Positions 25,143-36,599 of a DNA stretch of 64,000 bases are shown here, one piece after another; positions within the stretch are counted from its first letter, which is position 1, and each line of letters opens with the position of its first letter. This DNA comes from Selaginella moellendorffii (lineage: Eukaryota > Plantae > Lycopodiophyta): contig NW_003314264.1 of the NCBI RefSeq assembly GCF_000143415.4, positions 2,365,710 to 2,429,709 of the forward strand, written 5' to 3'. A model generated the notes under the pieces. It was not told where the DNA came from. It worked only from the letters and a program-made list of their open reading frames with translations, and did not search any database. A program made the translations under genes and the position numbers.

Positions 25143-27092
25143 ATGATCCGAGCTTCGGAAATTTATCCCGTCAATGCATTCGCCCCGAGAGCAGAGATAG
25201 ACTCCTACGCAGCTGCGTTGCAAGAATGCTCCAGAGCGCAGGACCTGGCCAAAGGGAGACAAACTCACGCCAGAATTGTGGAAGCGGGCTGCAACCACGA
25301 CAGATTCCTGTGCAACCTGCTGGTGAGGATGTATGGAGAATGTGGCAGCATTGGTGAGGCCAGCTCCGTCTTCGACAGCATCCACGTCAAGAACCTCTAC
25401 TCATGGAGCATCATGATATCGGCTTGCGTCCAAAATGGACAAGGCTTGAGAGCTCTCAAGCTCCTGTGGAACATGGACCAGGAAGGGATCAGCCCTGACA
25501 GAGTCGTCCTCATCGAGATGTTGGGAGCCTGCTCGCATCCCGAGCTCGTCCTAGTTGGCAAGGCACTCCATGACCGGATTTCAAAGCTGGAAGATTTGAG
25601 AGCTCACGTCTTCGCGGCCACGGCAGTGATCAGCATGTATGGGAGATGCGGCTATCCGGAACTGGCAGTACAGGTTTTCAACGGGATGGAACTCAAGACT
25701 GTGGTGTCCTGGAACGCGATGCTTACCGCTTATGCCCAGCGTGGGTATCACCGGCAGTGTCTCCAACTTTACGAGGACCTGACGAGGCTCTCGGACGTCT
25801 CTCCAAACGCTATCACCTTCGTGGTGGTGGTAGACGCTTGCTCTCTTCTCGGGGACCTGGATCACGGTCGGAGTGTCCACGAGAGAGTAGCCTCACAGGG
25901 ACTGGAGAGCGATCACATCGTGGGAACTTGTCTTCTCAACATGTACTCACGGTGTGGCAGCGTCACCGAAGCCAGGAACGTCTTCGACAAACTCGAGCGG
26001 CCCAACGTTGTCTCCTGGACGTCGATGATAGCCGCATACGCCAACCATAGCTACGATCTTGAAGCTCTCCAGCTGCTTAGAAGGATGGATCTGGAGGGTG
26101 CCAAGGCAGAGGAGATGACACTCGTCAACGCACTCGGTGCCTGCTCCAACCTCAAAGCACTGGAGGAAGGGAGAAAGATCCATGCCCGGCTGAGTTCCAG
26201 TGGCATCCAATCCGACTTCTCGGCCAGCGCGCTTGTCAACATGTATAGCCGCGCAGGGAGCTTGGAGGAAGCCAGAGACGCATTTCGCAGCAGGAAAAAC
26301 AGGAATGCGATCTGCTGGACGGCCATGCTCGCGGCCTATGCCCAGCACGGGCATAACCACGACGCGCTGCGGCTCTACAAGGAAATGGACCTGGAAGGCT
26401 TGAGACCCGACGACGTGACGCACGCCGCGGTCCTTGGAGCCTGTGCTTGCCTGGGAGCTCTCGCGGAAGGCCGGAGAGTCCACCGTCGAATCCTCAGCAC
26501 TCGGAGCTCCTCGGGCTTGGATGTTGTTCTCGGCACAGCCACCGTCAACATGTACGCCAAGTGCGGCCGAGTGGACGAAGCCAAGCTCGCCTTCGACGGC
26601 ATCTCCGACAAGAGCGTCTTCTGCTGGACGGCCATGGTCGGAGCTTACGCACGAAACGGGCACGGCGAGAAGGCCGTGGAGCTCTTCAGAGAGATGGTGG
26701 AGTCGTCGCGGACGCTCCCGAACGACGTGACTTTCACGACCGTGCTCAACGCCTGCAGCCATGCCGGGCTGGTGGACGAAGGCAAGTACTTCTTCGCGCT
26801 CATGGACAAGGTCTACGGGATTGCTCCCAGTGGCGAGCACTACGGCTGCATGATCGACCTGCTGGGACGGGCGGGGCGGCTGGAGGAAGCCGAGCGGATG
26901 ATCACTGGCATGCCATTCCCCGCAGACAAGATCTCGTGGGAAACTTTGCTCGGGGCGTGTAAGTTACACGGTGACATTGGCCGGGGAGCTCGCGTGGCGG
27001 AGCAGGCACTTAGAATGGATCCGGAGAATGCTGCAAACTACGTGATACTTTCGGATCTCTATTTTGCCAGAGGCGAGACAAACATGAACTGA
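25143..27092 (+). CDS. PLS-class PPR protein (E-type C-terminus, no DYW), single exon
   Basis: 649-aa ORF with P-L-S triplets, 'HYGCMIDLLGRAGRLEEAE', 'WETLLGACKLHG', 'ANYVILSDLY'. Confidence 0.95.
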   Translation: MIRASEIYPVNAFAPRAEIDSYAAALQECSRAQDLAKGRQTHARIVEAGCNHDRFLCNLLVRMYGECGSIGEASSVFDSIHVKNLYSWSIMISACVQNGQGLRALKLLWNMDQEGISPDRVVLIEMLGACSHPELVLVGKALHDRISKLEDLRAHVFAATAVISMYGRCGYPELAVQVFNGMELKTVVSWNAMLTAYAQRGYHRQCLQLYEDLTRLSDVSPNAITFVVVVDACSLLGDLDHGRSVHERVASQGLESDHIVGTCLLNMYSRCGSVTEARNVFDKLERPNVVSWTSMIAAYANHSYDLEALQLLRRMDLEGAKAEEMTLVNALGACSNLKALEEGRKIHARLSSSGIQSDFSASALVNMYSRAGSLEEARDAFRSRKNRNAICWTAMLAAYAQHGHNHDALRLYKEMDLEGLRPDDVTHAAVLGACACLGALAEGRRVHRRILSTRSSSGLDVVLGTATVNMYAKCGRVDEAKLAFDGISDKSVFCWTAMVGAYARNGHGEKAVELFREMVESSRTLPNDVTFTTVLNACSHAGLVDEGKYFFALMDKVYGIAPSGEHYGCMIDLLGRAGRLEEAERMITGMPFPADKISWETLLGACKLHGDIGRGARVAEQALRMDPENAANYVILSDLYFARGETNMN

Positions 27093-27167
27093 AAGAAGTT
27101 AAATAGCTTCGGAACCTGGTAAGTTTGTAGTTACGCAGCGATGGATTCGGCAAGAGCTCAGCTTGTA

Positions 27168-27978
27168 CTAGTAGTCATAGACTGGGCCTCTATGCTTTGC
27201 ATCCTTGAGCGCCTGAAAAGCAACGGGTAAAACAAGTGAATAAGATTTTATCAGGAAGCACGAAGAACTTACGCCGCGAAGGAGCTTCTCGAAAGCGTCC
27301 TCTCCATTCTCGAGCACGTACTTGGACGCCAGGTTTCTCGAGTCCACGCCGAGGCTCTCAAACTTCTTGCTGTGCACCGACGGTGAGGTTGCGGCTGGCT
27401 TGCTTATCAGCTGGTTTTTCAGAGGGTGGTCCTTGACGAAGTGCTCGTAGACGTAGGCGGCGCCCTTAAACTGCGGAAGAACAAGCCAGCACGCAGCGAC
27501 GAGCTTGAGAGTCGGCCAGATGGGAATCCTATCACAGAGTGAGAAAACCAAAGAGAGGTTTTGAGAACCCAGCATCGAAAGCAAAAGAAAATGTTTTGAG
27601 AGGATCGAGCGAGCACGGATTACCAGGCCAGAACGGTTCCCAATGCAAGCTCGAGGAGCGTAACAAAGGAGTAAAGAACCCAGTAAGTGAGCCACTGGAC
27701 ATCGTCTTCCTTGTTGGGGCTCTCCACGGCTTGAATGGATGCATACCTGAAACATGGATTAGCCTCCAATCTAACGAAGAAACAAAACAAAACCGATCGA
27801 TCGATCATGGCGCTGCTACTCACAGAGGATATAGAAGCATCATCAGAGGCCTGAAGAACACAGAGCGCGCGGTTAGCTCAGAGCTCAAACAGAGATTGAG
27901 ATTCCAATAGCAAATGTGTGAGAGAGTCTACCCGGCCAATGTGTGAAGCTGGACAACGTAGTTCCAGAAGGATCCCAT
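27168..27978 (-). CDS. Second HVA22/REEP family protein, multi-exon
   Basis: 'MGSFWNYVVQLHTLAG|PLMMLLYP|LYASIQAVESPNKEDDVQWLTYWVLYS...|IPIWPTLKLVAACWLVLPQFKGAAYVYEHFVK'. Confidence 0.9.
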
Positions 27979-28241
27979 TGCCGTCGCGCGCGATCACAAA
28001 AATCCCCCTCTCTCGCGAGTGCTCGAGGAGGAACCCTAGACCCGTAGCTCGTACAGTATCGATGGAGGAAAAAGAAAAAGAGTGGCCCTCTCTTTCTCGC
28101 CCCCTTGTTTGTTTTTCTTTCTATTTTTTGAGGAAGGCCGCATCTTTCATTGCTTTCAAAATCATGATTTATGAGGTTCCGTGCGAACAGGATTAATTTT
28201 CATTGATTTTTACAAAGCTAGAAAAAGTAAGAAAAAAAATG

Positions 28242-28314
28242 CACTCTCGGTGGGACTCGAACCCACAATCCCTTGATTAGAAGTCAAATGCCTTGTCCAT
28301 TAGGCCACGAGAGC
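28242..28314 (-). tRNA. tRNA-Arg (anticodon UCU)
   Basis: Minus strand GCTCTCG-TGGCCTAATGGACAAGGC-ATTTGA-CTTCTAA-TCAAG-GGATT-GTGGGTTCGAGTCCCAC-CGAGAGT-G: 73-nt cloverleaf with A and B boxes, followed by a T-run Pol III terminator. Confidence 0.95.
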
Positions 28315-28451
28315 AACCACTGGACATTCATGAGGTCGAGAAGGTTTCACTTGTGAGATTAGTTTCGAAGTTATAACATAATTCAAAACAAGCTACTGAA
28401 GATCAATTGATTAGTTGGGATGACAAACAACACGAAATATATTAAGATCAA

Positions 28452-29841
28452 TCATATGAGATTTTTGAGCTTGCCACCGCATTTTCGAGTGAATGCATCT
28501 GGCGGATGCAAATACTTCCCAGACACAAACGCGTTGGTCGCAACCTGCGCAAACTTTTCCGTGTAGTGGCTGAAATCCCAGAAAACGAACTGGGCCGGAG
28601 TTGTGCACAAAGTGTAGCCTGGCTGCCCGCATCCAATGCTGATGTTGAAGTTGAAGGGCCCCTCGGCGCCACAGCAAGCTGAACTCGTATCAGTGAATCC
28701 TGCGAGTTTTACAAGAATTTATTGACATCACGATCGAAAAGCTTAATTACCGTGTTTTCCAGGATTGTTCATGACGTCTTTGTGGATTCCTTCGAAGTCC
28801 GCAAATGCAAGAAAGCTATCAGTGTATTTGGCTTTCAGATCTTTGACCAGTTTTCTCAGCATGGCATTGTGCGCAGCAGTCAGGTTGTAGAGCTTCTCCC
28901 TGTTAACAAAATTTCCAAACGATCTGTAGGCTGGATTATCCACTGCCGGAGGCATCCCAATGAACAGAAAGTTTCTCGCCCCGGATCCATGCAACTCCTG
29001 GTAGAAAAAATGTCCACCAGGAACTAAGCTTTTACAATTAAAAGCAAAAGAAAATTTGTTTCACCTCAAAGAAATGCTTTATGGATCCTCTCACAAGTGG
29101 CAACAGCGTACAGTTCAGCACGTCAGGACTCATGCCTCCCTTAAAGAGCCCGACTGTGTAATCGTTGCTTCCAATCTCGCCTATTACGTAGAGTCCCTTG
29201 GAGAACGCAGTCACTGCCTAGAAAACAAAAGAGAAAAAATATCAAATTCTAAGTTTTACCCCTCCCAACTCACCAGCTTGTGTTGTCTCTGCTGCCTAGC
29301 CAGCTTCTTAAATCTTAGAAACCAGCCGAGCTCATCGAGCAGCGAGTAAGGAACTACGGTGGTGACATTGCGAGATTCGTAGAAACTATGCTCGATAGCC
29401 GTTCCTCCACCAAGAGCAAAGTTTGCACCATACCGGAAGCTGGAAGCGAGTGGCTGAAAGTAAGCACCAGGGAAATCCTCAAATCCAAGAGCTTCAGCTG
29501 AAACCATTAAACAGTTTGGTTAGCAAAATGAAAATTTCAGAGTAAAAATTGGACTCGAGACAATCACCCAAGAAATCTGAGATCATCCGGCCGTCGGAGA
29601 AGCGTCCGGTTGCGTGGCCAAAGAATGTCTGCCCGTACGGAAGCTCGTTGCTGATGATCACTGGAGGGACGGGTTGCTGAAACACTTGCGGATACAGAGC
29701 GGCTTTGTTGCCCACATCCAGGTACGAATCTCCAAACACAAACATTGCTGGAAAGCAGAGATTGGAGCCATCAGAAAGCTTAGATGCTGCCCCAGCAGCA
29801 GCAGCAGCAGAAGCAGCGAGGACGAGTAGCAATGCGAACAT
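28452..29841 (-). CDS. GDSL/SGNH esterase-lipase, multi-exon
   Basis: Signal peptide, 'FVFGDSYLDVGN', 'ATGRFSDGR', 'GANFALGG', 'IGSNDY', 'GARNFL', 'ACCG', 'FVFWDFSHYTE' (DxxH). Confidence 0.92.
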
Positions 29842-30270
29842 CTGCACTGCAGCAGGAAAAGTCAAAGCGCAGAAAAATTACTGTAGATTGCATTCTCACC
29901 TTCTCCTACTTCCTTGGAAATGAGGGAACTTCTAGCATATTTAAGCAAAACCATAGACATGATCTGAACATGTCAAGTTGCATAACGTTTCAATAATGTA
30001 TGTCAAAAGCTCAAAAACCTAGGGGAAGCATAAAACCATTTGAGCGTACTCTAAGCTCGCTAACTTTCCAGAGTCGAAAACTAATAAAATCTGATGCAAA
30101 AGCCCTGAGTTGTTCAAAGCTATAGAACGTAGAGGTTGAAATGCCAGTTCTGTAGGTAAGGGACGTGTCATGAGACCACAAATTTCGATTATAACACTCC
30201 TACTCGCTCAGTCTTCGCTTGAGTCCTAGAAATATGGCGTGACCAGGCTTTTATTTAAGAAAAAAATACT

Positions 30271-31838
30271 TCACATTTTTATGTTTCCTGCCGATTGTAT
30301 GCATGAGTAATATAAATCTGTTGTGAAAGTGCATGCTTTTATTTCCTCTTCTACTTCAGAAGTCCGTCTCGCCCAATTCTCTTCGATATCCTGTTTACTA
30401 TACTGAAGAGCTTTATCACCGGTAAAAATTCGGATGATAGAGTTGAAAAATCTAATAGCTCCTCCATCTAAATTTCTTGATATATTCACAGGAAGACTCA
30501 ACTCCTGCTCACATAGATCAAGTGTACCCAAGAGATAATCCCCATCTGGATAGATATTTGGTGCAAAATATTGTTGTCGAAGGTTATGAGTACACTCCTG
30601 TAGCTTGGAGTTCAAGTGCTGTATGAATCTTCCTGTAGAGACAAACGTTAAGTGAGGAAAGTCCCATCTTTGCAAATCTCAAACCTTCAACAGGATCTTT
30701 ACAACAAACTTTGCTTATTTTGCTATGCACGATAGAGACTATGCCTTCACACTTTAACACACCATAACGCCACTCTTTACGCGTTGGGCAAATGCAAGGA
30801 AATGGGTAAACAAACGTTAGCAACCATGCATAATATCAACATAATCGACGTACTCTCTTTAGTCCAATCGTGAATGTAAATTGGAGTATAACTTCCTCTC
30901 TTTGCATTCTGGATAGCAGCCTTGATGGCATAGGCCGAGCCTTGGTCGAGTTTCCTAGAATCGCCGTTTCCATCACACTTGATTATTATCCCTGTCACCA
31001 AATTATCTAAAGGGCCCAGTGTTGTATCGTGTACTTTTCCCTGATCCAGACACGAAACTAAATGAACATGATTAATATACTTGGGATGTGGAAATACCTC
31101 GAAGTCGCATAGATCAAGTCCCGCTAGCTCACCAGCATCTTCATCCCTTCCATACCTTATTTCATCACTTTTTTGCTCAAGGTCCCCTGGAGAGAAGGGA
31201 TTAGAAAAAAACAAAAACTACCATAGCTCTATGTTCACAAGCTTCTTGCCTCCAGCCACGATTTCCACATCCCCAGTGCATAGCAGTTTAATGTTTTGGA
31301 GAAGACTTGCGTACACAATCTTATTAAGTCTATCCTTGTACTGCTTTCTCGTTGTAATTACCGGACGCAAGAGGATATCAATGGCCTTATCAAGAGCTTC
31401 TTCTTTCATCAGCTGTCCATCAACCACATTATCAGAGGGCATGTCCTTCAAGTGTAAGGCGGTTCTGATCTTTAGAAATGGATTGGTAATGGCCAATAGC
31501 CTTCGGTTGCAGTTACTCTTCTGTAGAATGGAGGATAGGACTTCACCAAGACTGCGGAAAAAGGAAGGACATACCTCGACTGTGAATGGATTCTCCAGAA
31601 GTTTTGGTTTCTTTCGAAAAGGTGATGGACCAATTTTGTCGGCAGGTCGCTTGCCACTCGCCTTATCCAACGAAATCTTATACTCTGATTCGACTTGTCT
31701 AATCTCTGCTAGAGCTGCTAGAGCTGCTTTTGCTGCCTTCAATCTAGACGCTTTTAATACTTCTTGCGCTTCCTCTGCTTTATCATGCTCTTTTCGCTTT
31801 TGGCCCAGAAGCCGCGCCAGAGTATCCCACAACCCCAT
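30271..31838 (-). CDS. Uncharacterised multi-exon protein, possibly with a degenerate PD-(D/E)xK/REase-like domain
   Basis: Four consecutive minus-strand ORF blocks (31218-31847, 30777-31214, 30584-30823, 30271-30675) separated by short intron-like gaps. No confident family match. Confidence 0.6.
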
Positions 31839-31991
31839 CGAACACAAATCCCTAAGGTTATAGTTGATTAGGTATTAAAATAACTTGTTAATTTAAAGTA
31901 TATTTGTGGTTTATTTATAAACACGCTGTTAATAAAACTGTGCCCATTATTCATATTAATTTTCATCAAAACAAAACAGAGTTTCAGAGAA

Positions 31992-34313
31992 TTAGCTCAG
32001 AACTACGTCCGCATATGGTTTCCAAATTGCCACTGCCGATTCATCCATTTCCAGCGAAAAGAGCAAGCCTCGGAGCATCAGGATCGTACGAACAACCTTG
32101 GGTTACCAACAAAAAAGCGTCAAGGAGAGAAAGAGCGATTGATTGAGTGCTCACCATCCAAAGCTCTTGATTGAAGGAACGCATTGGGACCTTCCGTAGG
32201 ATGGAGTTTTCGGCCATGGGTGACACCGTTGCTTCTTCGACGTAGCACGTATCAAAGAGCATCCTGGCCATCATGACGAGCACTTCGACGCTCACTTCCT
32301 TTGAAGGCGTAGAAGAATCCTCAAAAACGATTCCCATTTCGCAAAGGACCCGAGCGGCAGCTACAGCGTCGTCACTTGCCAGTGAAATGACCATTCTGGC
32401 AAATTGCTTTCGTGACTCTTCACCAAGCACCTTGCTCTTGGAAAGGAAAACAAAAAAACAAGTTAGAAGGTATAAAGAAAACGAGATGATTTACTTGGCC
32501 GAAATCCAGAAGACCGAGCCGACCATCTGTTAATAAGAGTAAGTTTCCCGCATGCGGATCAGCATGGAAGATGCCATCTATAAGGATCATCTGAGGAACC
32601 ACCAGAATTTAGTCACCACTCACCATGAGCTTGTAGCTTACCTGACCGTAAGCCTCTATGAGATTTTTTACCACGTCTCTTAGTTTTGGTATTCTAGAAA
32701 TACGATTTAAAAACATGCATAAATCATGCCAAAAAATTTAGCAGTACCTTGGTTGCAAAGACTCGTCTGCATTACGATGCAGAATGTGGGTAAATGGTGT
32801 TCCATGAAGCCTCTGGAGTCAAAAGCAAGTAAAAAAGGAACAAAAAAAAATTTAAAAACGAAAAACAATTCTTGGGCTTTTACCTCCATGACTATAAGTC
32901 GCTGCGTGCAAAGATTTTCAATTGGCGAAGGACACACAATCCTTGAAAATCCATGGGTTTCAAGGCTACTTTTAATACGCAGCTGCAAAAGAGCAGGAAC
33001 ATGAGAGACATAATTAGTCGCAGAAAATGAGGAGTATACCATGAACCAGACTTCTCGTTCAAAGTTAAATTCAAGAGGTATTGTCGCCTGGATTTCTTTC
33101 ACAATCTAGAAAACACCAAGAAGATTGACAATGATAGAACACGAAAGCCACATACCGGTGTGAGATCGACTGGTAGCTGTCCTTTTAGAAAACGAGCCAC
33201 CTACAGCAACAGGAGTTCCGGATGATATTCTTTCAAGAGTACAGTGCATACCCTTGCAAGATTTCGTAGATCAGAATGCATTATAGTATCCATTCCGAGA
33301 TGTTGTACTTTAACTACAACCGGTGTTCCGTCGATTAGCGTGGCCCCATGAACCTGTTGAAAGCTATCAGCCTTAATAAAAAATGTTGTAATATACCTGA
33401 GCAATCGACGCTGCGGCAATCGGATCTTCCTCAACATTTGAGAAAAGTGCATCCAGTGGGGTGACAATGTCCTTGCCTTTCGGGCATAATGCAAGCTCCT
33501 TCTCGATACTCTTTTTAACCCGCGAGAAAGGCGTTGGAGGCGCATCGTCAAGGTGTTTCGAGAGCCATTTTCTCCATTGCCCTGGAACAAACTCCTACAC
33601 ACGACAGATTAGTGCAAAAGACCAAAGACTCACTCGTACTTACAGCTTTAGAAGCAAGGATTTGAGCAGACTTCACATAAAATCCACTCATATCCAGCAC
33701 AAGCTGGTGGACCATCTTCCCTCCCCACTCGTGCCGTCTATCCCATAACTTATCCCGTTCGTCTCGGCTCTTGTTCCGTGCGTTCAGCTTTGTGATCATA
33801 TACCTTCCGGACAGAAACACCTATGACTTATAATCAGAAACACCAGGCAAATGCTCAAGTCAATCAGTAAACAAACCTTGTGTATATAGGAAGCAAACGC
33901 CTCCAAAAACGAGCAGTCCGATACAGGTCGGGAAAAATCCACTGGATCAGCGGTCTCGAAATCGTAAGTGTCGTTACAGGAGTAGCGACATATCCCAGAA
34001 ACGCCTCCTGTGGAGGATGGCCGCGGAACTACAAAGATCAAACCAAAGAAGGCAAGTTTGATCAAAACCAAAGAAAGAAAGAACTACAACTGACCTTACG
34101 ACCGAGAAGCGTCATAGCCGAATGACAAAACGCTGCCACTTGCAACGACTGCCAAGCCCATCTAAAGAACAATTTCGACACCAGCAAGACACCAATCGTA
34201 GAAACGAATGCCGTGGCACCGCGAAATGAATTCCGCCGCACGACGATTGGAGCGCGATCTACCAGCGGCCGCGACACCGCCCGGAGGCCCCCGGGCGACC
34301 GCATTCCAGCCAT
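31992..34313 (-). CDS. ABC1K/UbiB-family atypical kinase, multi-exon
   Basis: 'GFYVKSAQILASK', 'PIAAASIAQVHGA', 'VVVKVQH', 'LEFNFERE', 'FHADPHAGNLL', 'LLDFGQ'. Confidence 0.92.
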
Positions 34314-34536
34314 CGCCAGATTCGGCGCCTCGCCCTGCGCATCACGAACGCAATCACGATCGATCCGGTGAAATCGCGAAGGAGCTCGCTTACCCGCGCG
34401 GCGCTCGCTTCCATTGCCACCAGTTGCTAAAACCCTAGATCCCCGCCACGCGTGCTAACGAATAGATGCCACGTGGCACAATTAGCCCTTTTTAATACAC
34501 AAGGCATTCCTTTAGGTTGCACTCTCGCAGAGGAGG

Positions 34537-36444
34537 ATGATCATGAACAAGGAGGCGAGTCACTACATCCATAGTTCGCGAAATCTTCTCCCCAAGGCGA
34601 CTTTCGACAATCTCATGACTTTGTTTCGGAATCTTCGCCACTGCCGCACGGAGTCTTTGATGGGGATTCGACTGCTCCTCGCTCCACACCCCCATTGCTG
34701 GGAGGAATTCCTGCAGTTTTGGCCTGGGGGCGAGAAAGCGATAGAACCGCTGGAGATGGAGTGGTTTGGGCCGAGCTACAAGGTTCTGGAGCAGCGGGAG
34801 AGCCCTAAAGGGGATGGCGGCGTGCTCAACACTACATTGGGCCTCGCCAAGCGGCCCATCGAGAGCCGCACGACCATCAAGACGGTGCACGAGAAGGCGC
34901 TGTTCGATTGCGAGGACGAGCAATTCGAGACCGACATGGCGATCGGGCACCTCGGCTGGGCGATCGATCTCATCGCGCGGCTCACGGAAACAAGGACGAA
35001 AATCGGCAGGAAGAGGGACTTGGATCTCCTGGTGGCTCGACTGTCGATGGCGCTGCAGTGGAGCAAGGCCCAGGTGATCGAGTTACTGCGCAAGGAGGAA
35101 GCAGCGGAGGTTTGCTCGCGGCTCCGGGATGCCAAGGATGCCATGCTCAAGAACAGGGAAAAGGTTCGTACGGAATGGGCCGCGGCGTACAGGGAACACA
35201 CCGGTCACCCCGCGGCGCCGTACGGGGACGTACCGGTCATCGCCGCCGACAGCGCGTTGGTGGCCGAGATCCGCGAGGCACACGACAGGAACTCCGCGAC
35301 CCACTCGCACTACTCCCTCTTGTCGGCGCTCTTGCCGGCCGACATTGCCCTCGACATACGCACGGACGACAATGTCAACGTAGACGTCAACGCGCTGGTC
35401 AACGGCTGCCTGTCCTCGCCGTGCCGCGCCTGGAGCTACTTCCTGGGGAATATCCTCGGCCTCGGGGCGCCGGTACCGCCGGTGGACGCCGGGACGCCGC
35501 TGTACCGCACGGACGACTCCCCCCGCGCCGCCGGCGGCGCCGCGCGGATCTTCTACGGCCCGGAGGAGCTCTACGTGCTACTTCGGCTGTACGCCAAGCT
35601 CCACGACCGCGTCTCTTCGGCCAGGGCGACATGCACGGATCTGGGAAAGCTTCCACTCTATGCGAATTTCCTCGCCTCGGCACCCGGGAGGGATCCATTC
35701 CAAGAACGCGGCTCCGGCGAAGAATGGAGGAGTGCTCTCGGGCACGGGGTATACACAATCCACGAGCTCCTGGCGAGGATCAGCAAGAACATCCGCGAGC
35801 TCCACCCCGATTCCAAGGCCGTTCAGGCGATCCAGCTCCACGAGATCGAGGCGGCGAGGTGGCGGGGCGGCGAGATCGACGACGGCGGCTACTTCGCCAA
35901 CGCCAAGTTCGCGCTGCTACCGTACGAGGGGATCTACCAGTTCGAGGTTGTGGACACCGCTCCCGGGAGGGTGACGATCAACGTGAGGTTTTTTCCCGAC
36001 GAGTTCTCCCGTGTCAGCGATCTCAACACGATCCGGGAGCTCATCGGGTACTACGCGCAGCAGGAATGGGTGGAGGGGCTACTGGCGGATGTGGAGGAGG
36101 AGCAGCGGCGGGGGTGTCCCGTGTTCTTGAGGAGGAACCTCCGGAAGGCCTTGGCTATGGAGGATTACAGGATACATATACTCAATGAGTGTTTGCACAG
36201 GGTGACGGAAAGAGGTCACAGGATAGTGTGTCACACGGAGGACCTTTTGGTGCGATTTAAGGGGAAATTGGCTCAGAAGTTTAAAATTTTCCCTGGGAAG
36301 GAGAAGAGGCCGGCTACTGTGGAGGACGCTCTCGCGCGGTTGAGAGGGAAATTGGCTGATCAGTTTAATGGGACGGACAAGAGGAAGGCTATGAACGGAA
36401 CAGTGGAGGGAGATCACAGGGACAAAAGAGTAAAACGCTGCTAG
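34537..36444 (+). CDS. Intronless, compact, divergent SIN3-like corepressor
   Basis: PAH-like N-terminus ('LLLAPHPHCWEEFLQFWP'), HDAC-interacting motif 'EKALFDCEDEQFETDMAI', Sin3a_C-like motifs 'FYGPEELYVLLRLYAKLHDRV', 'YTIHELLARISK', 'VFLRRNLRK', 'TEDLLVR'. Confidence 0.8.
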   Translation: MIMNKEASHYIHSSRNLLPKATFDNLMTLFRNLRHCRTESLMGIRLLLAPHPHCWEEFLQFWPGGEKAIEPLEMEWFGPSYKVLEQRESPKGDGGVLNTTLGLAKRPIESRTTIKTVHEKALFDCEDEQFETDMAIGHLGWAIDLIARLTETRTKIGRKRDLDLLVARLSMALQWSKAQVIELLRKEEAAEVCSRLRDAKDAMLKNREKVRTEWAAAYREHTGHPAAPYGDVPVIAADSALVAEIREAHDRNSATHSHYSLLSALLPADIALDIRTDDNVNVDVNALVNGCLSSPCRAWSYFLGNILGLGAPVPPVDAGTPLYRTDDSPRAAGGAARIFYGPEELYVLLRLYAKLHDRVSSARATCTDLGKLPLYANFLASAPGRDPFQERGSGEEWRSALGHGVYTIHELLARISKNIRELHPDSKAVQAIQLHEIEAARWRGGEIDDGGYFANAKFALLPYEGIYQFEVVDTAPGRVTINVRFFPDEFSRVSDLNTIRELIGYYAQQEWVEGLLADVEEEQRRGCPVFLRRNLRKALAMEDYRIHILNECLHRVTERGHRIVCHTEDLLVRFKGKLAQKFKIFPGKEKRPATVEDALARLRGKLADQFNGTDKRKAMNGTVEGDHRDKRVKRC

Positions 36445-36599
36445 AACGAGCGGGACAGGAGCGCAGGAGGACTCGAGAGATTTTTTAAGTGCCCGAGAGT
36501 TTGAAGATAACTCCGCCGTTGCATTCAAGTGGACATAGCGTCCATGTAACAACGCCGATTTGTTTGTATGTATTTTTCTGGCAGCTTCACCAGGCTTTT

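Noticed and set aside
34908-36188. 426-aa alternative-frame ORF in the SIN3-like gene, and similar overlapping ORFs at 9053-9751, 25947-26840 and 31081-31863
   Set aside because: Shadow frames of real coding sequence; low complexity and no recognisable motifs.
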